Of a stretch of 64,000 nucleotides of DNA, positions 1 through 11,183 are shown piece by piece. The stretch spans positions 38,561 through 102,560 of the forward strand of contig JAZLDG010000074.1 of NCBI GenBank assembly GCA_045614565.1, read 5' to 3'. Position 1 is the first letter of the stretch; each line of letters opens with the position of its first letter. The position numbers and the translations under genes were made by a program. Source of the DNA: Candidatus Scatosoma sp. Its GTDB lineage: Bacteria; Bacillota; Clostridia; Christensenellales; Borkfalkiaceae. Under the pieces are notes generated by a model, which was not told the DNA's origin, made no database searches, and saw only the letters and a program-made list of their open reading frames with translations.

Positions 1-1202
1 TCTATTTCGTAAGCGGCAGGCGTTGCGGAGACGTACACCACCTGCGGTATACGCGCGTCGAACTCGGGAAACGTGAGCGGACGGTTGTCGTACGCCGCTT
101 GCATACGGAAACCGTATTCCACGAGATTTTTCTTTCGGGAAAGATCGCCGTGATACATCGCGCGGATTTGCGGCACGGTCATATGGCTTTCGTCGATAAA
201 CACTAAAAATTCCCCCGACGGAAAATAATCGAGCAAGGTAAACGACGGCTCGCCGGGCTTTCGCCCGTCGAAATAACGGCTGTAATTTTCAATCCCGCTG
301 CAATACCCGATTTCCCGCATCATCTCCAAATCATGCTCGGTGCGTTGCTTCAAGCGTTGCGCTTCCAAAAGCTTGCCCGCGTCTTCAAACGCTTTCACTT
401 CTCCGCGCAAGTCTTCTTCAATCATCGCCAAAGCACTCCGCAGCTTTTCCGTGCCGACTGCGTATTGACTTGCGGGGAATATCGCGACGTGCGAAAGCTC
501 GTTGAGTTTGTTCCCCGTCAACGCTTCCACTTCGTAAATTTTATCAATCTCGTCGCCGAAAAACTCGACGCGTATCGCAACTTCCGAGTTAGACGCAGGG
601 AAAATCTCCAAGCTGTCGCCGCGTACGCGGAAGGTCGAACGCTTAAAATCGACGTCGTTGCGCGAATATTGCAATTCGATGAGCTTTCTAATCAGCTCGT
701 TGCGTTCGTATTCCATATTTGGGCGTAGAGATAAAGACAACCGAAAATACTCTTCGGGCGCGCCCAAGCCGTAAATACACGACACCGACGCCACCACGAT
801 TACGTCGCTTCGCTCCATCAACGAGCAGGTTGCGCTGTTGCGGAGCTTGTCGATTTCGTCGTTCATACTCAAATCTTTCTCGATATAGGTATCGGTGGTG
901 GGAATATAGCTTTCGGGCTGATAATAATCGTAGTAAGACACGAAATATTCCACGCGGTTTTCGGGGAAAAATTCCCGAAACTCGTTGCAAAGCTGCGCCG
1001 CAAGCGTCTTATTGTGCGCGATTACGAGCGTAGGTCTATTCACGTTTTTGATGACGTTTGCCATCGTAAACGTCTTACCGCTACCCGTAACCCCTACGAG
1101 TACCTGCGCACGCATACCGTCAAGCACGCCTTCGGTTAATTTTTCTATCGCCTGCGGTTGATCTCCCGTGGGAGCGTACGGCGAATGCAGCTTAAATTCC
1201 AT
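1..1202 (-). CDS. uvrB: excinuclease ABC subunit B, N-terminal ~400 codons (rest of gene lies beyond window start)
   Basis: Absent from the ORF track because it runs off the window. My translation from the ATG at 1202 gives [51 protein letters not shown]..., a UvrB N-terminus with Walker A GSGKT. Confidence 0.9.
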   Translation of the reverse strand, partial: MEFKLHSPYAPTGDQPQAIEKLTEGVLDGMRAQVLVGVTGSGKTFTMANVIKNVNRPTLVIAHNKTLAAQLCNEFREFFPENRVEYFVSYYDYYQPESYIPTTDTYIEKDLSMNDEIDKLRNSATCSLMERSDVIVVASVSCIYGLGAPEEYFRLSLSLRPNMEYERNELIRKLIELQYSRNDVDFKRSTFRVRGDSLEIFPASNSEVAIRVEFFGDEIDKIYEVEALTGNKLNELSHVAIFPASQYAVGTEKLRSALAMIEEDLRGEVKAFEDAGKLLEAQRLKQRTEHDLEMMREIGYCSGIENYSRYFDGRKPGEPSFTLLDYFPSGEFLVFIDESHMTVPQIRAMYHGDLSRKKNLVEYGFRMQAAYDNRPLTFPEFDARIPQVVYVSATPAAYEI

Positions 1203-1221
1203 ATTTTATCCTTAAAACAGT

Positions 1222-1267
1222 AAACAAATGTTTAGAATATTATAACACAATTCGTAGAAAATGTAAA
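1222..1267 (-). promoter_or_regulatory. putative uvrB promoter with degenerate LexA (Cheo-like) box
   Basis: Minus strand reads TTTACA (1262..1267), a 17-nt spacer, TATAAT (1239..1244), then AAAC-N4-GTTT (1222..1233), about 20 nt before the uvrB ATG. The box deviates from GAAC-N4-GTTC at both outer positions. Confidence 0.35.
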
Positions 1268-1287
1268 CTTCTTGAATGGGATTTTTT

Positions 1288-1680
1288 TCAAAATATCCAT
1301 TTTAGAAGATACCCTACGAGAAAAGCGATCACCGCCGACGTAATCGCCCAACCAAGCTTCATCGCCCAATCGCGTTTTTGTTGTAAGGACGAGCGTTTAT
1401 ACGCATACCCGTTAGGGTGCATAGAAATGACGTACATTTTTTCGCCCTTGCGCTCGGAAGATAAAAGTTCAAAATAATCGTCCAGCGCGAGCGCGCTCAA
1501 AATCCCTTCGAGCTGTTCTTCGGTGTATCTTTTTTTAGGCGGTAATAAAGACAGTAATTCAGACGGCGAAATTAAACATACGCCCTTGTCGCTTGCCAAA
1601 GCGTATACCGCGTTCATTACTTCGTTTTCCCGTTTATCTAACATCTCCATTATAGTATTTACCTTTCTTTGTTCTTTCAT
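1288..1680 (-). CDS. hypothetical protein with C-terminal transmembrane helix
   Basis: 130-aa ORF with a hydrophobic tail, LGWAITSAVIAFLVGYLLKWIF. I recognise no family. The true start may be an internal Met (MEMLDK...). Confidence 0.55.
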   Translation of the reverse strand: MKEQRKVNTIMEMLDKRENEVMNAVYALASDKGVCLISPSELLSLLPPKKRYTEEQLEGILSALALDDYFELLSSERKGEKMYVISMHPNGYAYKRSSLQQKRDWAMKLGWAITSAVIAFLVGYLLKWIF

Positions 1681-1734
1681 TCACCACAAAAAAAGCGTTC
1701 ACCTGTGCGGTGAACGCTTTTATTCGCTTATCTT

Positions 1735-2109
1735 TTATAAAGTTGCAATGACTTCGACTTCGACTTTGACGCCCTTGGGTAAATCTTTTACCGCCACGCA
1801 GCTACGGGCGGGCTTGGTCGTAAAATAGTTCGCGTAAACGCCGTTAAACGCCGCAAAATCGCCGATATCCGCTAAAAAGCAAGTGGTTTTTACCGCTTTT
1901 TCAAACGAACTTCCCGCCGCGGCAAGTACCGCGCCGAGATTTTTCATTACTTGCTCGGTTTGCGCTTCAATCGTCGTCGCTTCCACGTTCCCGCTTGCGG
2001 GATTGATAGGAATTTGTCCAGACGTGAACACCATTTCCCCGCAAACGATCGCTTGCGAATACGGTCCGATTGCCGCGGGCGCGTTTTCCGTTGCTACTTT
2101 TTTAAGTTC
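1735..2109 (-). CDS. ridA: RidA/YjgF-family reactive enamine/imine deaminase
   Basis: Contains ENAPAAIGPYSQA...GQIPINP...CFLADIGDFAAFNGVY...ARSCV, typical of RidA. I chose the ATG at 2109, preceded by AAGGAG 8 nt upstream; the track's 2121 start is a GTG. Confidence 0.9.
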   Translation of the reverse strand, partial: ELKKVATENAPAAIGPYSQAIVCGEMVFTSGQIPINPASGNVEATTIEAQTEQVMKNLGAVLAAAGSSFEKAVKTTCFLADIGDFAAFNGVYANYFTTKPARSCVAVKDLPKGVKVEVEVIATL

Positions 2110-2124
2110 CATATCTATCACTCC

Positions 2125-3318
2125 TTATAACAGTTTGAAGCCAAAATCTTTTAAGGCTTTCTTGATGTTTTCAATATGCTCGTAATTTCTCGTTTCCAAA
2201 ACGATACGCAAATAACAACCGTTGACGTCCGAGCCTTCGTTTGCGCGTTCGTGATGAACGCTCGTTACGTTCCCGCCGAGATCGGCGATAATCCGCGACA
2301 CGTTTTTAAGCTGACCGGGCTTGTCCATAAGCTCGATAACGAGCTGACAGCTTCGGCCCGACGTCAACAAACCGCGCTTGATGACGCGCGAAAGAATGGT
2401 TACGTCGATATTCCCGCCCGACAAAACGCAAACGGCTTTTTTGCCCTGTAAATCCACCTTTTTGAACATCGCCGCCGCTACGGCAACCGCACCCGCGCCT
2501 TCGGCTACGAGCTTATGCTGTTCCATCAGCGCAAGAATTGCCGCGGAAATCTCGTCGTCGGAGACCGTCACGATCCCGTCCACGTACTTTTGGCAAAATT
2601 CATAGGTATGCTCGCCCGGTTTTTTAACGGCGATACCGTCGGCAATCGTCGAAACACCTGAAAGCTCTTCCATTTTTCCGTGTTCAATCGCGTTTTTCAT
2701 CGACGGTGCGCCCGCCGCTTGCACGCCGTAGACTTTAACGCGGGGTTTGAGCGTTTTCAAGGTATACGCAATCCCCGAAATCAGTCCGCCGCCGCCGATC
2801 GGCACGAGTACCGCGTCCAAATCGGGGAGCTGTTCTAAAAGCTCCAACCCGATTGTGCCTTGCCCCGCAATCACGTCTTCGTCGTCGAAAGGATGAATAA
2901 AGGTATACCCCTTTTCATCGCGAAGTTCCAACGCTTTTTTGTACGCGTCGTCATATACGCCTTCTACAAGACAAACTTCCGCGCCGTAGCTTTTCGTCGC
3001 TTCCACTTTGGAAATGGGCGCGCCGTCAGGCAAACAAATCACGGCTTTTATCCCGTTCTTTTGCGCGGCAAGCGCAACGCCTTGCGCGTGATTTCCTGCC
3101 GAACAAGCGATAACGCCGCGCTTCTTTTCTTCTTCGGAAAGGCGCGACATTTTATAGTACGCGCCGCGTACCTTGAACGAGCCCGTTACCTGTAAATTTT
3201 CCGTTTTCAAATAAAGATCCACTCCCTTGCAAAGCTTGGGCGCGTAAATGACGTCCGTTTTACGGATCACACCTTTGAGCGCGTTACTCGCGCTGTATAC
3301 GTTATCAATCGTAAGCAT
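2125..3318 (-). CDS. ilvA: threonine ammonia-lyase (threonine dehydratase), short form with a C-terminal regulatory domain
   Basis: PLP motif SFKVRGA and the glycine loop GGGGLISG. The 397-aa length fits the biosynthetic/catabolic short form. Confidence 0.9.
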   Translation of the reverse strand: MLTIDNVYSASNALKGVIRKTDVIYAPKLCKGVDLYLKTENLQVTGSFKVRGAYYKMSRLSEEEKKRGVIACSAGNHAQGVALAAQKNGIKAVICLPDGAPISKVEATKSYGAEVCLVEGVYDDAYKKALELRDEKGYTFIHPFDDEDVIAGQGTIGLELLEQLPDLDAVLVPIGGGGLISGIAYTLKTLKPRVKVYGVQAAGAPSMKNAIEHGKMEELSGVSTIADGIAVKKPGEHTYEFCQKYVDGIVTVSDDEISAAILALMEQHKLVAEGAGAVAVAAAMFKKVDLQGKKAVCVLSGGNIDVTILSRVIKRGLLTSGRSCQLVIELMDKPGQLKNVSRIIADLGGNVTSVHHERANEGSDVNGCYLRIVLETRNYEHIENIKKALKDFGFKLL

Positions 3319-3350
3319 AATTCTATCCTTATTCTAATTATTTGCTTCTA

Positions 3351-4532
3351 TTATAATAAGCTGTCAATAAATTGCTCTGCGCATCTTGCCGAGCGGTTAC
3401 CCTTGCGAAGCGCGAAGGCTTCCGCTTTGATTTCCAGCTCCTGCACAGGAAGCGCGATACCGTGCTTTTGCGCCAGCTCACGTACGATTTCCAAATACAA
3501 CTGCTTGTTGGGTTTTTGGAACAGTACGACAAGCCCAAACCGTTCGGAAAGCGAAAGCGTTTCCTGCAAAGTATCGTTGATATGCACGTCGTCGCCGTCG
3601 CGGTCGGCAAAGCTTTCCTTGATAATATGCCGACGGTTACTCGTCGCGTAAATGACGGCGTTATCCGCTTTCGCACTCGCCGAGCCTTCCAACGCCGCTT
3701 TGAGCATACTGAAATTGTCGTCGCTTCTGTTAAACGCCAAATCGTCGATGAAAATAATAAATTTCAAGGGATTGCCGCTAATCTTGCCCATAACGTAGGG
3801 CAGGAGCGAAAGCTGATCCTTGCGAAGCTCGATCAAACGCACGCCGTCGTCGAAAAAGGCGTTTGCCACAGCTTTGACCGTGGACGATTTTCCCGTTCCC
3901 GCATCCCCGCAAAGCAAGGTGTTTGCCGCAGGTCTGCCTTCCACAAACGCGCGGGTATTAGCCACGACCGTTTCGCGTTCCGCTTCGTAACCGATAAAGG
4001 TATCCATACCGATTTTGTCCGCGCTGACGATCGGCTCGATGGTTTTTTCGTCGGACAAACGGAACATACCGTGCGACGAAAATATGCCGTAGCCGTACTT
4101 TTCAATCCCGCGAAGCCGTTTTTTATACGCGGCGTATAAATCAACGTTCGTGCTGTCAAAGGACGGGATTTCCCCTTCGTTCAAGCCCATATCCAAAGCA
4201 AAATCCAAGGGCTTCAACGAAGCGAACGCGGAAAAGCTTTCCAGTTCTCTTTTTACCGACTTTTCCACACAAGCCGCCGTTTTTTCGCCGTGGGCTACCG
4301 CTTTGATATACACGTTTTCGTCTTCAAAAATCAAGCCCTGCACACATTTGGTAAGCGATGCGCCGCGTTCGTATATCTCGGCAACGAACGCCGTGTACGC
4401 GCTACGCTTTTCCGACGCCGTTTCCGCGCGCATATACTGCGAAAACGCGGTAAGGAGCGGCTTTTTCGTCACGCGGATAAACACGCTCGAAAGACATAAC
4501 CGATCGTAAATTGTACGTAAATTTTTTTCCAT
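3351..4532 (-). CDS. DUF815-family AAA-type ATPase
   Basis: 393 aa with Walker A LLCGDAGTGKSS and Walker B-like FIIFIDDL. The overall layout matches the uncharacterised DUF815/COG2607 ATPases as I remember them. Confidence 0.7.
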   Translation of the reverse strand: MEKNLRTIYDRLCLSSVFIRVTKKPLLTAFSQYMRAETASEKRSAYTAFVAEIYERGASLTKCVQGLIFEDENVYIKAVAHGEKTAACVEKSVKRELESFSAFASLKPLDFALDMGLNEGEIPSFDSTNVDLYAAYKKRLRGIEKYGYGIFSSHGMFRLSDEKTIEPIVSADKIGMDTFIGYEAERETVVANTRAFVEGRPAANTLLCGDAGTGKSSTVKAVANAFFDDGVRLIELRKDQLSLLPYVMGKISGNPLKFIIFIDDLAFNRSDDNFSMLKAALEGSASAKADNAVIYATSNRRHIIKESFADRDGDDVHINDTLQETLSLSERFGLVVLFQKPNKQLYLEIVRELAQKHGIALPVQELEIKAEAFALRKGNRSARCAEQFIDSLL

Positions 4533-4536
4533 TTTT

Positions 4537-5610
4537 TTACAGTCTTTTAATAATTTCTTCCGTCATTTCCACCGTACCGAGCGGTTTCGCACCGTCCCGC
4601 GCCAAATCCGCCGTACGAAGTCCGTCGTTTAACACCTTGTCCACGGCGTTTACGATCGCTTCGCTCGCTTCCGTTTCGTTGAATGCGTACAAAAGCATCA
4701 TCGCCGCCGAAAGCACGGTCGCAATCGGGTTCGCCTTGTTTTGCCCCGCAATATCGGGCGCGGAGCCATGAATAGGCTCGTACAAGCTGCGCGTATTGTC
4801 GCCGATCGACGCCGACGGCAGCATACCGATAGAACCTGTAATTTGCGAAGCTTCGTCGGAGAGAATGTCCCCGAACATATTGCTCGTCACGATAACGTCA
4901 AACTGCGACGGGTTGCGAACGAGCTGCATCGCCGCGTTATCCACGAGCATATCCGAAAGCTCGACGTCGGGATATTCCGCCGCAATCTCGTGCACGATTT
5001 TACGCCAAAGCCGTGACGTTTCCAAAACGTTCGCCTTGTCGATGCTCGTCAATTTTTTACGGCGTTTTCTTGCCGTTTCAAACGCCACACGGGCAATCCG
5101 TTCAATCTCCATACGGCTGTACGCTTCGGTGTCGTACGCTTCTTCGCCGTACTTGCCGTTGCGATAACCGCGCTCACCGAAATAAATCCCGCCCGTAAGC
5201 TCGCGCACGATCATAATATCAAAACCGTTCGCTACGATATCGGCGCGAAGCGGACATTCGCCGCTCAACGCAGGGTACAGCTTTGCAGGACGAAGGTTGG
5301 TAAACAAACCCATCGCCGCGCGAATCCCAAGCAACGCTTTTTCAGGGCGGACGTTTCCCGCCAAGTTGTCCCATTTCGGTCCGCCGACCGCACCAAGCAG
5401 CACGGAGTCGGAAGCAAGACACCCGTCGACCGTTTCTTTGGGTAACGGCTCGCCAACGGCGTCAATCGCCGCACCGCCGATCAAATAGGGCGTAAACGAA
5501 AATTCTAATCCGTACTTTTTGCCAACGGCTTTTAATACGCGCACCGCGCTGTCTACGATTTCAGGGCCGATCCCGTCCCCGCGAAGTAATCCGATTTTAT
5601 ACTTTTTCAT
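4537..5610 (-). CDS. leuB: 3-isopropylmalate dehydrogenase
   Basis: [19 protein letters not shown]..., [12 protein letters not shown] and [14 protein letters not shown] are signatures of isopropylmalate/isocitrate dehydrogenases. Confidence 0.93.
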   Translation of the reverse strand: MKKYKIGLLRGDGIGPEIVDSAVRVLKAVGKKYGLEFSFTPYLIGGAAIDAVGEPLPKETVDGCLASDSVLLGAVGGPKWDNLAGNVRPEKALLGIRAAMGLFTNLRPAKLYPALSGECPLRADIVANGFDIMIVRELTGGIYFGERGYRNGKYGEEAYDTEAYSRMEIERIARVAFETARKRRKKLTSIDKANVLETSRLWRKIVHEIAAEYPDVELSDMLVDNAAMQLVRNPSQFDVIVTSNMFGDILSDEASQITGSIGMLPSASIGDNTRSLYEPIHGSAPDIAGQNKANPIATVLSAAMMLLYAFNETEASEAIVNAVDKVLNDGLRTADLARDGAKPLGTVEMTEEIIKRL

Positions 5611-5622
5611 AACCTTCTTCCT

Positions 5623-6117
5623 TTATTTCACGTCGCCTTTTTGAATAGAGTTTACCAAGCCGCCGTTCGTGATAATCTTTTGAATAAACGGGGGGAAGGG
5701 TTGCGTTTGGAAGCTTTTACCCGTCGTACGGTTATAAATCACGCCGTTGTCAAGATCCGCTTCCACTTTATCGCCTTCTTGAATCCCGTCCACTGCTTCG
5801 TCGCACTCGACGATCGCAAGTCCGATATTGATGGAATTGCGGTAAAAAATACGAGCAAAGCTACGCGCAATCACGAGCGATATGCCGCTTTCCTTAATCG
5901 CGATGGGCGCGTGTTCCCGCGAAGATCCGCAACCGAAATTAAATCCCGCCACCATAATATCGCCTTGACGTACCTTGTCCTTGAAAGACTTGTCGATATC
6001 TTCCATACAATGCGAAGCCAACTCTTTTTTATCAATGGTATTCAAATATCTTGCAGGAATAATAACGTCCGTATCTACGTTATCCCCGTATTTGATTGCC
6101 TTACCGTTAAAAATCAT
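5623..6117 (-). CDS. leuD: 3-isopropylmalate dehydratase small subunit
   Basis: [25 protein letters not shown]...GCGSSREHA. Start set at the internal ATG 6117, with AAGGAGAG upstream. The track ORF extends into the repeat element. Confidence 0.9.
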   Translation of the reverse strand: MIFNGKAIKYGDNVDTDVIIPARYLNTIDKKELASHCMEDIDKSFKDKVRQGDIMVAGFNFGCGSSREHAPIAIKESGISLVIARSFARIFYRNSINIGLAIVECDEAVDGIQEGDKVEADLDNGVIYNRTTGKSFQTQPFPPFIQKIITNGGLVNSIQKGDVK

Positions 6118-6153
6118 AACTCTCTCCTTATAAAATACTCGTATTTCCCACCC

Positions 6154-6434
6154 GTTAACCAATTCAATATAATCCGAACTCGATTTTGAGTGGCGAATTT
6201 TGGCGCATATTGCGTTAAAAGCCTTGTTAAATCGTCAGGTTTAACTTCGTCTTTTGCCTTATATTCACCTAAAATTCGCCTACTGAAAATTGCACACACG
6301 CAAAAGAGCGTATTTTCTGACGGATTTTGGTGAAGGTGCTCGCAGTTGTACCCGCGTACTACAAGGGCATATTTGCCGAAATGCGGCGAAAAGACGTCTT
6401 TTGCGCGAGTTCGGATTATATTGAATTGGTTAAC
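6154..6434. mobile_element. MITE-like non-autonomous element (281 bp) with perfect 29-bp terminal inverted repeats
   Basis: GTTAACCAATTCAATATAATCCGAACTCG at 6154..6182 is the exact reverse complement of 6406..6434. There is no credible CDS inside. A 57-bp copy of one end recurs at 53565..53621. Confidence 0.75.
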
Positions 6435-6540
6435 CATACACCCACCGAACCGTATGCGTAATGGTTAAAAGAATTCATATCCTTATATATCGTTTTGCGC
6501 GGATATTCTAAAAAATTTCAACGAAAACCCTTTTCAAAAA

Positions 6541-7803
6541 TTAAGCGATTTCGTAAGGACTTGCGATTTTACCCGCAATCGCGCTCGCCGCGGCAACCGC
6601 GGGAGAAGCAAGATACACTTCGCTGTCCACGTGCCCCATACGCCCGACGAAATTTCTATTCGTCGTCGCGACCGCTCTTTCGCCCGCCGCAAGGATACCC
6701 ATATACCCGCCAAGGCAAGGTCCGCAGGTGGGCGTAGACACGATACAGCCCGCTTGAATAAAGATTTTCACAAGTCCGTTTTCTACGGCTTTGAGATAGA
6801 TATCCTGCGTAGCGGGGATCACGATCGCCCGAACGCCCTTTTTCACCGTTCTACCCTTGAAAATTTCCGCGGCTTCCGCAAGGTCTTTATAATGTCCGTT
6901 GGTACACGAGCCGATCACGACTTGATCGATTTTGATATCCCCGATCTCGTCGAAAGTTTTCGTGTTTTCAGGCAAATGCGGGAACGCCACCGTCGGCTCG
7001 ATCGTATCCAAATCAATAACGTATTCCGCGTCGTAAACGGCGTCGTCGTCCGCTTTATATGCCACGAATTTTCTTTCGCTCCGTTCTTTCACGTACGCTT
7101 CCGTTTGTTCGTCCACTTCAAAAATACCGTTTTTCGCGCCTGCTTCAATCGCCATATTAGAGATGGTGAGCCGATCGTAGACCGTCAACGCTTTTACGCC
7201 GTCGCCGACGAATTCCATCGACTTATACAACGCGCCGTCCACGCCGATTTTGCCGATAATATGCAAAATTACGTCCTTCCCCGACACGTATTTTTTGAGT
7301 TTCCCTTTCAAAACGAAACGGATAGCCGAAGGCACCTTAAACCAAGCCTTACCCGTCGCCATACCGCAAGCCATATCCGTCGAACCCACGCCCGTCGAGA
7401 ACGCGCCCAACGCGCCGTAAGTGCAGGTATGCGAGTCCGCGCCGATGACGACGTCCCCGGGCACGACCAAGCCCTTTTCAGGCAAAAGCGCGTGTTCGAT
7501 ACCCATTTGTCCCACGTCGTAGAAATGCGTTACTTCGTGCTTGTCGCAAAAATCACGGCACATTTTGCATTGCGTAGCCGCTTTAATATCCTTATTCGGT
7601 GCAAAATGGTCCATAACCATCGTGACTTTATCTTTATCGTACACGCTCGTCGCACCGATATTTTCAAATTCCCGAATCGCAACGGGGGAAGTAATGTCGT
7701 TGCCGAGTACTCTGTCCAAATCGACGAGTATCAGCTGTCCCGATTCCACCCTTTCAAGTCCCGCGTGCGCCGCGAGAATTTTTTGCGTCATCGTCATTCC
7801 CAT
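6541..7803 (-). CDS. leuC: 3-isopropylmalate dehydratase large subunit
   Basis: MTQKILAAH...[15 protein letters not shown]...GSCTNG...CGPCLG are aconitase-family Fe-S ligand motifs. The start is ambiguous (7830, 7803 or 7797); I chose 7803. Confidence 0.9.
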   Translation of the reverse strand: MGMTMTQKILAAHAGLERVESGQLILVDLDRVLGNDITSPVAIREFENIGATSVYDKDKVTMVMDHFAPNKDIKAATQCKMCRDFCDKHEVTHFYDVGQMGIEHALLPEKGLVVPGDVVIGADSHTCTYGALGAFSTGVGSTDMACGMATGKAWFKVPSAIRFVLKGKLKKYVSGKDVILHIIGKIGVDGALYKSMEFVGDGVKALTVYDRLTISNMAIEAGAKNGIFEVDEQTEAYVKERSERKFVAYKADDDAVYDAEYVIDLDTIEPTVAFPHLPENTKTFDEIGDIKIDQVVIGSCTNGHYKDLAEAAEIFKGRTVKKGVRAIVIPATQDIYLKAVENGLVKIFIQAGCIVSTPTCGPCLGGYMGILAAGERAVATTNRNFVGRMGHVDSEVYLASPAVAAASAIAGKIASPYEIA

Positions 7804-7888
7804 ACTTTTTTCTTTCTCCTTTTTCCACATAAAAAGCCACGGCTACGCCCCAAAAAGGCGTAGCAAGGCAAGTTGAATTATTTGATTT

Positions 7889-9547
7889 TTATTTGTTTAT
7901 GATCGCGCCTTTATCCGCCGAGCTTACCTGCGCTGCATAGCGTTTCAAATACCCGCTCACTTCTTTCTTTTTTAACGGCATTTCCGCTTTGCGTTTTGCA
8001 AGTTCTTCGTCGGAAACTTTCAACTCGATCTTGTAATTCGGAATATCGATCGCAATGATATCCCCGTCTTTTACGTACGCAATCGGACCGCCCGAAACCG
8101 CTTCGGGGGAAACGTGACCGATAGACGCGCCGCGGGTTGCACCCGAGAAACGCCCGTCGGTAATGAGCGCGACGTCTTTATCCAAGCCCATACCCGCGAT
8201 CGCGGAAGTCGGCGAAAGCATTTCGCGCATACCCGGTCCACCCGCAGGACCTTCGTAACGGATAACCACTACGTCGCCCTTGACGATTTTACCGCCGTAG
8301 ATCGCCGCGATACATTCTTCTTCGCTTTCAAAAACCTTGGCAGGCCCTTCGTGCATGAGCATTTCGCTCGCCACGGCGGCACGCTTCACCACGCAACCGT
8401 CGGGCGCGAGATTGCCCTTCAACACCGCGATACCGCCCGTTTTTCCAAACGCGTTTTCGGGCTTTCTAATCACTTCGGGATCGAGATTGACGACGCCTTC
8501 CAAATTTTCTTTCAGTGTTTTACCCGTACAGGTCATCACGGAAGTATCTAAAAGGTTCAAGTTTTCAAGCTCTTTCAAAACCGCCGCAACGCCGCCCGCT
8601 TCGTTGAGATCTTCCATATAGGTAGGGCCTGCGGGCGCAAGATGACAAAGGTTGGGCGTTTTTTCGCTGATGGCGTTCACTTCGTCCAAATCAAACGCTA
8701 CGCCGCATTCGTTGGCAATCGCAGGCAAATGCAACATACTGTTCGTCGAACAACCCAACGCCATATCCGCGGTAATCGCGTTCTTAATCGCCGCCGCCGT
8801 CATAATATCGCGGGGACGGATATTCTTTTTCACAAGCTCCATAACCTGCATACCCGCGTGTTTTGCAAGCTCGATACGCGCGGAATATACCGCGGGGATC
8901 GTACCGTTGCCGCGAAGCCCCATACCGAGTACTTCGGTCAAGCAGTTCATAGAGTTTGCCGTATACATACCCGAGCAAGAACCGCAGGTAGGACATACTT
9001 TTTTCTCAAATTCCGAAAGCTGATTATCGTCAATCTTGCCCGCACTATACGCGCCGACCGCTTCAAACATACTCGAAAGCGAGCGTTTTTTACCGCCCAC
9101 TCTGCCCGCGAGCATAGGTCCGCCGCTGACGAACACCGTCGGAATATTGAGCCGTGCCGCCGCCATCAAAAGCCCGGGCACGTTCTTGTCGCAGTTGGGG
9201 ATCATAACCAACCCGTCGAAGCCGTGCGCCATTACCATCGCTTCGGTGGAATCGGCGATCAAGTCACGGGTGATGAGCGAGTATTTCATACCCGTATGCC
9301 CCATTGCAATCCCGTCGCAAACGGTGATCGCGGGGAACATAATAGGCGTACCGCCCGCCATCGCCACGCCGAGCTTTACCGCATCGCAAATTTTATCAAG
9401 ATTCATATGCCCCGGCACGATTTCGTTGTACGAGCAAACGACGCCGATGAGCGGACGGGCTTGTTCTTCGTCCGTCAAGCCAAGCGCGTGATACAACGAT
9501 CTATGCGGCGCGTTATGAAATCCGTCTACTATGGTTTCTTTAATCAT
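7889..9547 (-). CDS. ilvD: dihydroxy-acid dehydratase
   Basis: 552 aa with CDKNVPG, SGGPM, TDGRFSG and the overall IlvD layout. Confidence 0.93.
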   Translation of the reverse strand: MIKETIVDGFHNAPHRSLYHALGLTDEEQARPLIGVVCSYNEIVPGHMNLDKICDAVKLGVAMAGGTPIMFPAITVCDGIAMGHTGMKYSLITRDLIADSTEAMVMAHGFDGLVMIPNCDKNVPGLLMAAARLNIPTVFVSGGPMLAGRVGGKKRSLSSMFEAVGAYSAGKIDDNQLSEFEKKVCPTCGSCSGMYTANSMNCLTEVLGMGLRGNGTIPAVYSARIELAKHAGMQVMELVKKNIRPRDIMTAAAIKNAITADMALGCSTNSMLHLPAIANECGVAFDLDEVNAISEKTPNLCHLAPAGPTYMEDLNEAGGVAAVLKELENLNLLDTSVMTCTGKTLKENLEGVVNLDPEVIRKPENAFGKTGGIAVLKGNLAPDGCVVKRAAVASEMLMHEGPAKVFESEEECIAAIYGGKIVKGDVVVIRYEGPAGGPGMREMLSPTSAIAGMGLDKDVALITDGRFSGATRGASIGHVSPEAVSGGPIAYVKDGDIIAIDIPNYKIELKVSDEELAKRKAEMPLKKKEVSGYLKRYAAQVSSADKGAIINK

Positions 9548-9591
9548 AATTATACCTTTAATAAACAGTAACTGAAAAGTTAAAGTATTTA

Positions 9592-10629
<1,038 letters not shown>

Positions 10630-10655
10630 TTATAAATTTTTATTTTTTGAATAAA

Positions 10656-11156
10656 TCACTTTGAAAATAGTGTAGCCGTGCCGCGCTCTAACGCAACGAT
10701 ACCCGTACGGCACATTTCAAGAATTCCAAAAGGTTGCATCAATTTCACGAACGCGTCGATTTTGGACGGATTACCCGTAACTTCAATGCACATACCTTCC
10801 GTAGAATAATCGATGACGCTTGCGCGGAACACGTCCACCGCCGTCATAATTTCACTACGGTTTTTATTCTCGTTTTTGACTTTAATAAGCATAAGCTCAC
10901 GCTTAATCGGCTCGTATTCCATCACTTCGACCTTTTTGACGACGACTAATTTTTTGAGCTGATTGAGCATTTGTTCTTTCACGTACGCGTCCCCGCTCAT
11001 ACAAATGGTGATACGGGAATATTCGGGGCGTTCGGTTTCTCCTACCGTCAACGTGTCGATATTGAACCCGCGGCGGGTGAACATAGCCGTAACCCGCGTC
11101 AATACGCCCGCTTTGTTTTCAACGTATACTGCAATGATGAATTTATTGTTTTCCAT
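10656..11156 (-). CDS. ilvN: acetolactate synthase small (regulatory) subunit
   Basis: ACT-domain N-terminus, IIAVYVENKAGVLTRVTAMFTRRGFNIDTLTVG. It lies immediately downstream of ilvB. Confidence 0.9.
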   Translation of the reverse strand: MENNKFIIAVYVENKAGVLTRVTAMFTRRGFNIDTLTVGETERPEYSRITICMSGDAYVKEQMLNQLKKLVVVKKVEVMEYEPIKRELMLIKVKNENKNRSEIMTAVDVFRASVIDYSTEGMCIEVTGNPSKIDAFVKLMQPFGILEMCRTGIVALERGTATLFSK

Positions 11157-11183
11157 ACCTTTCTCCTTTCACGAATATACGCG

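Noticed and set aside
6114-6437. A 107-aa minus-strand ORF between leuD and leuC.
   Set aside because: It begins and ends inside the two 29-bp terminal inverted repeats. Its N-terminal peptide ([18 protein letters not shown]) reappears wherever the repeat DNA occurs (also in 53414..53647). It is therefore a by-product of the MITE sequence, not a gene.
6631-7863. Long antisense or alternative-frame ORFs inside housekeeping genes. Examples: 6631..7863, 8642..9571, 9667..10635, 10971..11969, 13812..14570, 16511..17749, 33245..34012, 49249..50730 and 57189..57896.
   Set aside because: Each lies opposite or out of frame with a gene that has unmistakable family motifs. Their translations are Arg/His/Phe-rich low-complexity strings without motifs or ribosome-binding sites. 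They are shadow ORFs typical of this GC content.
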